From: Ignavibacteria bacterium | GTDB taxonomy: Bacteria > Bacteroidota > Ignavibacteria > Kapaibacteriales > UBA4661 | Assembly: GCA_014654705.1 (NCBI GenBank) | Contig: JACVZY010000095.1 | Span: 5,045 to 69,044 of the forward strand | Length of the DNA stretch: 64,000 bases | Reading direction: 5' to 3' | In this document: positions 59,202-64,000 of the stretch, piece after piece | How the letters are laid out: every line of letters begins with the position of its first letter | Position numbering within the stretch: position 1 is the first letter of the stretch | Translations under genes and position numbers: made by a program | The notes under the pieces: model-generated | What the model was told of the DNA's origin: nothing | What the model saw: only the letters and a program-made list of their open reading frames with translations | Databases searched by the model: none

Positions 59202-60377
59202 ATGAGCGTTAGCGCAACGTTTGCCGTCCAGGCGCAAGAATTTCTTGAGCAGGGGCATCCTGCCGAGGCAATAGCCTTATGCAGGCAAGGTTTGAATGAA
59301 TATCCCGACTACGTCACCGCGTATTTAGTTCTGGCACGTGCCTTTATTGCCGTTGGTGATTATGCCTCTGCTGAGCAAGCATTAGAACGCGGGGCAAAAC
59401 AGTCTCCCCGTTCGACCACCACCCGCGCTTTGCGCAAAGAAGTCCAATACGCACTTCGCCTAAAAGAGCTAAAGGAGAAACAAGCCGTAGCGCCGGTGAA
59501 TGGTGGCGTTTCATCGGGCTTGCCATCGGGCTTGCAGAGTGCATTACAAGAGGCTTCTGAAGCTGCAACATACTTGGACAGTGGCGAAACGCTTCCGGCG
59601 GAGCAGGCTGAGCGCACCATGGGAACCTATCTACGAATTATCGAAACCGATAGAAGCTCTGACGAACAGCACACCGCCTTTCGGAGCAACAATCTTCGCC
59701 TAATTCCCGGCTTGGACTTTACGCCCCTCCGCATGGAAAATCCCAGTGCAGCACAGCAAGCAGCGCAGCAACGCAATACCAGCGTGCCTGAGCCACCACC
59801 GCTCACGGAATTTGCTGATTGGCAGCAATATCAAGAATCTCTTCGCAACGACCAAGCCGTATCACTTCCCCTCGAACACGCCACGGCAGATTTTATCAAT
59901 GCAGAAATGCTTAGTGGTGAGGGAATCAAACCGGAAATGCTGAAGCCGCAAACCGGCTACTCGCGCCCACCTATGCCCACACCGCGTTTTAGCATCCGTG
60001 AAATTGAGAATTTGCCCGTAGTAGAAACCGAGGCAGTTGATACAAATGATATTGACCATCTCGCGGGGCGGCTCATGCAAGCACAAATGCCGGCAGCAAA
60101 AGATCTTCTCACCCGTGAGGCAGATATTCCCGAATATCTACGCCAAAATTCCGGCGAAACCGTGAGCGATTCACTCCCACACGCCGGAACAGTGATTATC
60201 AGCGAAACAATGGCGAAAATTTACGAGGCGCAAGGAGCACTTGCGCAAGCGCTTCATGCGTACAAGACTCTCGCCGCAGAAGCCGACGCGCAGCACAACG
60301 ACGAAAAGGCGCATTTTTTCGCTGAAAAAATTCAACATATGCAGGCGCGTATCGCCGCACAGCCCACGGGAGTGTAG
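59202..60377 (+). CDS. Tetratricopeptide repeat protein
   Basis: N-terminal TPR, disordered middle, C-terminal SETMAKIYEAQG TPR. Confidence 0.75.
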   Translation: MSVSATFAVQAQEFLEQGHPAEAIALCRQGLNEYPDYVTAYLVLARAFIAVGDYASAEQALERGAKQSPRSTTTRALRKEVQYALRLKELKEKQAVAPVNGGVSSGLPSGLQSALQEASEAATYLDSGETLPAEQAERTMGTYLRIIETDRSSDEQHTAFRSNNLRLIPGLDFTPLRMENPSAAQQAAQQRNTSVPEPPPLTEFADWQQYQESLRNDQAVSLPLEHATADFINAEMLSGEGIKPEMLKPQTGYSRPPMPTPRFSIREIENLPVVETEAVDTNDIDHLAGRLMQAQMPAAKDLLTREADIPEYLRQNSGETVSDSLPHAGTVIISETMAKIYEAQGALAQALHAYKTLAAEADAQHNDEKAHFFAEKIQHMQARIAAQPTGV

Positions 60378-60392
60378 GCTCTGACAACAGAG

Positions 60393-61166
60393 CTACAACC
60401 GTATCGGCAAGCCTTCACTATGTAGAAAGCGCTTCAAATCAGGAATGTGCATCTCTCCAAAGTGAAAAAGGCTTGCGGCAAGCGCAGCATCAGCAGCGCC
60501 ACATCCCGCATCGCTACGCAGTACATCGCTGAAATGCTGCATTGTGCCGGCACCACCGGAGGCAATGACGGGAATACCGACCGCTTCGGCTATTGCTCGC
60601 GTAATATCAAGCGCGAAGCCAGCTTTTGTGCCATCATTATTCATTGAAGTCAGTAAAATTTCGCCCGCGCCGAGAGACTCGGCTTCCCTTGCCCATGCAA
60701 CTGCTTCCCACTCCGTAGGCTGTTTTCCGGCATTGATGACAACATTCCACGCATCGTTTGGAGAGTGCTGCCGCACATCAATAGCAACGACCACGCACTG
60801 AGAACCAAATTCATTTGCTAGTTCCGAAATCAGAGGCGGATTTTTAACAGCAGATGAATTGATTGAAATTTTATCCGCTCCGGCACTGAGAAGACGCGAA
60901 ACATCTTCCACACGCCCGATACCACCACCGACCGTAAAGGGAATGTTCAGTGTGGAAGCTACTTTGCGAACCATATCCGTAAACGTTGTGCGACCTTCGA
61001 GTGTGGCGGTGATATCCAGAAACACCAGTTCGTCTGCACCTTCGCGGGCATAACGCTCTGCCAGCCCAACGGCATCACCTGCCTCGCGGAGATTTTCAAA
61101 ATTGATACCTTTTACCGTCATGCCGTCTTTGACATCCAAGCAAGGAATAATACGCTTTGTGAGCAT
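60393..61166 (-). CDS. hisF: Imidazole glycerol phosphate synthase cyclase subunit
   Basis: [33 protein letters not shown] and IASGGAG. Confidence 0.96.
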   Translation of the reverse strand: MLTKRIIPCLDVKDGMTVKGINFENLREAGDAVGLAERYAREGADELVFLDITATLEGRTTFTDMVRKVASTLNIPFTVGGGIGRVEDVSRLLSAGADKISINSSAVKNPPLISELANEFGSQCVVVAIDVRQHSPNDAWNVVINAGKQPTEWEAVAWAREAESLGAGEILLTSMNNDGTKAGFALDITRAIAEAVGIPVIASGGAGTMQHFSDVLRSDAGCGAADAALAASLFHFGEMHIPDLKRFLHSEGLPIRL

Positions 61167-61280
61167 AAAGTACAAATGAATATTGAGTTTTGAATGTGAT
61201 ACTTGGTAATGCTGAAAATATTGAACACTTGTCCAGAATTTGCCGATAAGGTATTGAACGAAATTATCTTGAACTATCTA

Positions 61281-61347
61281 CACAGACAAGAATGTCTGTG
61301 CTACGGCACCAAATCTGGCTTCGGTAGCACAGACATTCCTGTCTGTG
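61281..61347. repeat. Inverted pair of GTAG-type REP elements (REPIN-like)
   Basis: CACAGACAAGAATGTCTGTGCTAC (61281-61304) and GTAGCACAGACATTCCTGTCTGTG (61324-61347); 23/24 identical as inverted copies, 19-nt spacer. Confidence 0.8.
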
Positions 61348-61457
61348 TTCCAAGGTATTACCCCGTCCAGATGCTTATTATCACAATTATTGGAAGAACG
61401 TGCAAGAAAAGATTTATTGCAACATCCCAGTCATCTTTGTCATCCTGATTCAGCTAG

Positions 61458-62228
61458 TTATGGTGTATCAAGGTATGCAAAAGGGTCATTGTCATAACGA
61501 ACACGCCAGAGAACAAGACCCGTCGGCGGTGCAAGCGGACTTTTGCGAGCACGGTCTTGGAGACGCAGTGCTTCCGACAAGTCCTCAGCGCTCCGTTTGT
61601 TGGTCGCGACTGCCATCATTGCGCCGACAACAGACCGCACCATGCCATAGACAAAGCGGTCTGCAACGATGTGAAAACTCCAAACGCCTTCTTCTATCTT
61701 GCTCCACTCTGCTTTCTCTACGTGGCAAACATAGTTCTCGGTGTCGGGGTTGTGCTTGGAAAAGGTCGTGAAGTTATGCGTTCCCAAGAACACGGCTGCG
61801 GCTGCGGACAGCTGTTCGGTGCTAAATGGTGTCCACACTTGCCACGCATAACGCCGACGAAAAACGGAATAGTGGTCGCTTAGGGTGTACTTATATTCGC
61901 GACGTACCGCCTGAAACCGAGCATGGAAGCGATCATCCACGAATGTGGCTGCCCGAACACGAATGTCGTACGGCATTGTTGAATTGATTGCTCTGGCAAG
62001 CTGTTGTGCGGGAATAGAGGAAGTATCGGGAAAGTCCACGTGCGCCACCTGTCCGAAGCCGTGAACGCCTCTATCGGTGCGCCCTGAACCAATGACATTC
62101 ACGGACTCACCTGTGATTGCTTGAATCGCATTTTCCAGCACTTCTTGAACCGTGAGTGCGTTTACCTGACGCTGCCATCCGGCATAGTCTGTACCGTCAT
62201 ATTCTACAAGCAAGGCGCAGCGCGGCAT
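61458..62228 (-). CDS. truA: tRNA pseudouridine(38-40) synthase
   Basis: YDGTDYAGWQ.Q, SGRTDRGVH..GQV, FHARF, F.YGMVR and APPTGL.L. Confidence 0.96.
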   Translation of the reverse strand: MPRCALLVEYDGTDYAGWQRQVNALTVQEVLENAIQAITGESVNVIGSGRTDRGVHGFGQVAHVDFPDTSSIPAQQLARAINSTMPYDIRVRAATFVDDRFHARFQAVRREYKYTLSDHYSVFRRRYAWQVWTPFSTEQLSAAAAVFLGTHNFTTFSKHNPDTENYVCHVEKAEWSKIEEGVWSFHIVADRFVYGMVRSVVGAMMAVATNKRSAEDLSEALRLQDRARKSPLAPPTGLVLWRVRYDNDPFAYLDTP

Positions 62229-62288
62229 AGAGTTATCGTAAACATTGAATAAATAGCGAAAAACTGTGCAGTCAGAAAAAAAGCGTCG

Positions 62289-63407
62289 TTATCGTGAACC
62301 GCTTTTTTTAGCTTTCGGTGATTGCTTTTGTGTCTTTGATCCGGCTTTTGCGCGGCGCTGCTGCTCTCTCTCGTGCATTTCCGAAAACATTGCCTCAGCC
62401 GCTTCCTGCACCATACTGAAAAAATCCTCTTCGCTCAGGTCATTGTCTGCAAACGACACCATGCGGCTTCGGTTGTGCTTTTCCATCTCGTCCATCATCT
62501 GCGTTTTCGTAATTTCGCCGGAGAGCACACGCTCATAGAGGCTTTTTTGGTACAGAAGTTCTTCGAGCGCTACGTCAATGTCGTGTGTCATTGCCTGTAT
62601 CGGGTCAACTCCTATTTTCTCCGCCCTTTTGAAGTCTTTGACAATTCGCCCTTCGTCGGTACGCTCTATTTTCTTGCGCTCATTTTTGAGGCGCTGAAGC
62701 TGGGCATTACAGAGTTCCATTTCGTTTCGGAGACGCTCCATTTCTTGCTCTACAAGGTCACGGAGGGCAGAATCTTCACGAGTTAGAATATCATCAAGGT
62801 CGGCAAATTCTGATTCTAACGCCAAGAGTTCGGCGATATCACCATGCTGGTAAGCAGCGTTGATGCGCTGCATGATGCCGTGAAAACGCTTTTCAATAGC
62901 AGCATTATGCGCGGCTTTGTCGGGGTGAAACTTTGCGGCAAGGCGCTTATAGACCTCGCGTATGCTTTTTTGCTGTTCCTCCGGCACATCAGGCGCGAAG
63001 TGGTTAAAAAAATCAAAACCTGCTTTACCACGCTCCTCTGCTTGCTGGCGCATAAAGTCCGCAAAGTCCGATTCACTCATCTCCGGTGGCATCATCCCTG
63101 CGAACATATTGCCCAAATCTTCCTTCATCCAGTAGAAATCCTTGCGCTCGCTTTTGCTGAACATCGTGGACTGTGCGCACCGCTCCAGAACGCTTTGCAT
63201 TTCTTTTTGAGCGTTCTGGAGTGCTTGCATCTTGGATTGTACTGCCCCTGACGAAGACGACATAATACGCTTAATTTCATCCTTGAGGCGACTTAATTTG
63301 CTGCGCTCGGTGGTGATTTTTTTGAGAACTGCTTTGTGTTGTTTCCGAAGAACAACAAGTTTTTCTTCCTGTACCGTCAGAACACGTTTGGTGCTGAGTT
63401 GAGCCAT
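62289..63407 (-). CDS. Coiled-coil protein with internal J-domain
   Basis: IREVYKRLAAKFHPDK...MQRINAAY (HPD motif) flanked by long coiled coils. Confidence 0.8.
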   Translation of the reverse strand: MAQLSTKRVLTVQEEKLVVLRKQHKAVLKKITTERSKLSRLKDEIKRIMSSSSGAVQSKMQALQNAQKEMQSVLERCAQSTMFSKSERKDFYWMKEDLGNMFAGMMPPEMSESDFADFMRQQAEERGKAGFDFFNHFAPDVPEEQQKSIREVYKRLAAKFHPDKAAHNAAIEKRFHGIMQRINAAYQHGDIAELLALESEFADLDDILTREDSALRDLVEQEMERLRNEMELCNAQLQRLKNERKKIERTDEGRIVKDFKRAEKIGVDPIQAMTHDIDVALEELLYQKSLYERVLSGEITKTQMMDEMEKHNRSRMVSFADNDLSEEDFFSMVQEAAEAMFSEMHEREQQRRAKAGSKTQKQSPKAKKSGSR

Positions 63408-63433
63408 TGATGTAGCTAAAAATGAAAAAATGC

Positions 63434-64000
63434 TTATAGTGTTGGTGTGGTCTGCACTGAAGGCAGTTCCACGATAAACGCTGCGCCCTGCCCAAGCTCA
63501 CTTTCGCACGTTACTGTGCCGTGCATTGCCTCGACCATACGCTTGACGATAGACAAACCCAAGCCTGTCGAGTGTTCACCTGCGGTGGGACGTGCCGAGA
63601 GTTTGGCAAATTTAAGAAAAAGTTTGTCTTTGTCTTGCGGAGAAAGTCCCGGACCCTCATCGCGCACTGCTGCACGGACGCGCTGGTGCGGCGCACGGGT
63701 GATACTCACAAAAATATTTTTGTCGGGTGGTGAGTATTTGACGGCATTAGAAACGAGATTTTCCAAAATTTGTATAATCAAATTGGCATCCGCTAGAACC
63801 AAGAGAGAATCCTGTTCCGAACGAAAATGAATGGTGATACGCTTTGCCGCCGCACGTTCACGGAAGTCTTCGACAACATTTTTGGTTGCTTGCGTAATGT
63901 TGACATTCGTGATGGAGATATTGATATTGCCTGTCTCTATGGCGTTTACGTCCAGCAGTTCCGTGATAATAACGTGCATACGATGAGCAGTATCCTCGAT
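63434..64000 (-). CDS. Sensor histidine kinase, C-terminal HATPase part (5' end outside the window)
   Basis: NLVSNAVKYS, DEGPG, STGLGLSIVK and SELGQG. Confidence 0.92.
   Translation of the reverse strand: MEDTAHRMHVIITELLDVNAIETGNINISITNVNITQATKNVVEDFRERAAAKRITIHFRSEQDSLLVLADANLIIQILENLVSNAVKYSPPDKNIFVSITRAPHQRVRAAVRDEGPGLSPQDKDKLFLKFAKLSARPTAGEHSTGLGLSIVKRMVEAMHGTVTCESELGQGAAFIVELPSVQTTPTL

Overview
Mostly core chromosome of an FCB-group bacterium. A type IX secretion C-terminal domain, TAnnTTTG-type promoters and the tRNA-secE-nusG-rpl cluster suggest a Bacteroidota/Chlorobi relative such as Candidatus Kapabacteria; the taxonomy is inference only. The window holds about 50 mostly unlinked housekeeping or envelope genes and six tRNA genes. 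It also has one decayed DDE insertion sequence with intact terminal inverted repeats, a small family of GTAG-type REP-like palindromes, and several terminators and promoters. I found no CRISPR array, prophage or recognisable defence island. The most unusual item is an intact-looking tRNA-Leu gene with an AAG anticodon (A34) at 31357-31439. It has its own promoter and terminator, and rplL favours CTT/CTC leucine codons, which may indicate expanded inosine (or A34) wobble decoding. Other items worth follow-up: a 58-aa secreted Lys/Glu-rich microprotein missed by the ORF track; a membrane-anchored FG/SR-repeat low-complexity protein; a MarR locus with two operator-like palindromes; a tRNA/r-protein cluster lacking tuf and rpoB; and a stand-alone rifampicin-phosphotransferase-like helical domain.
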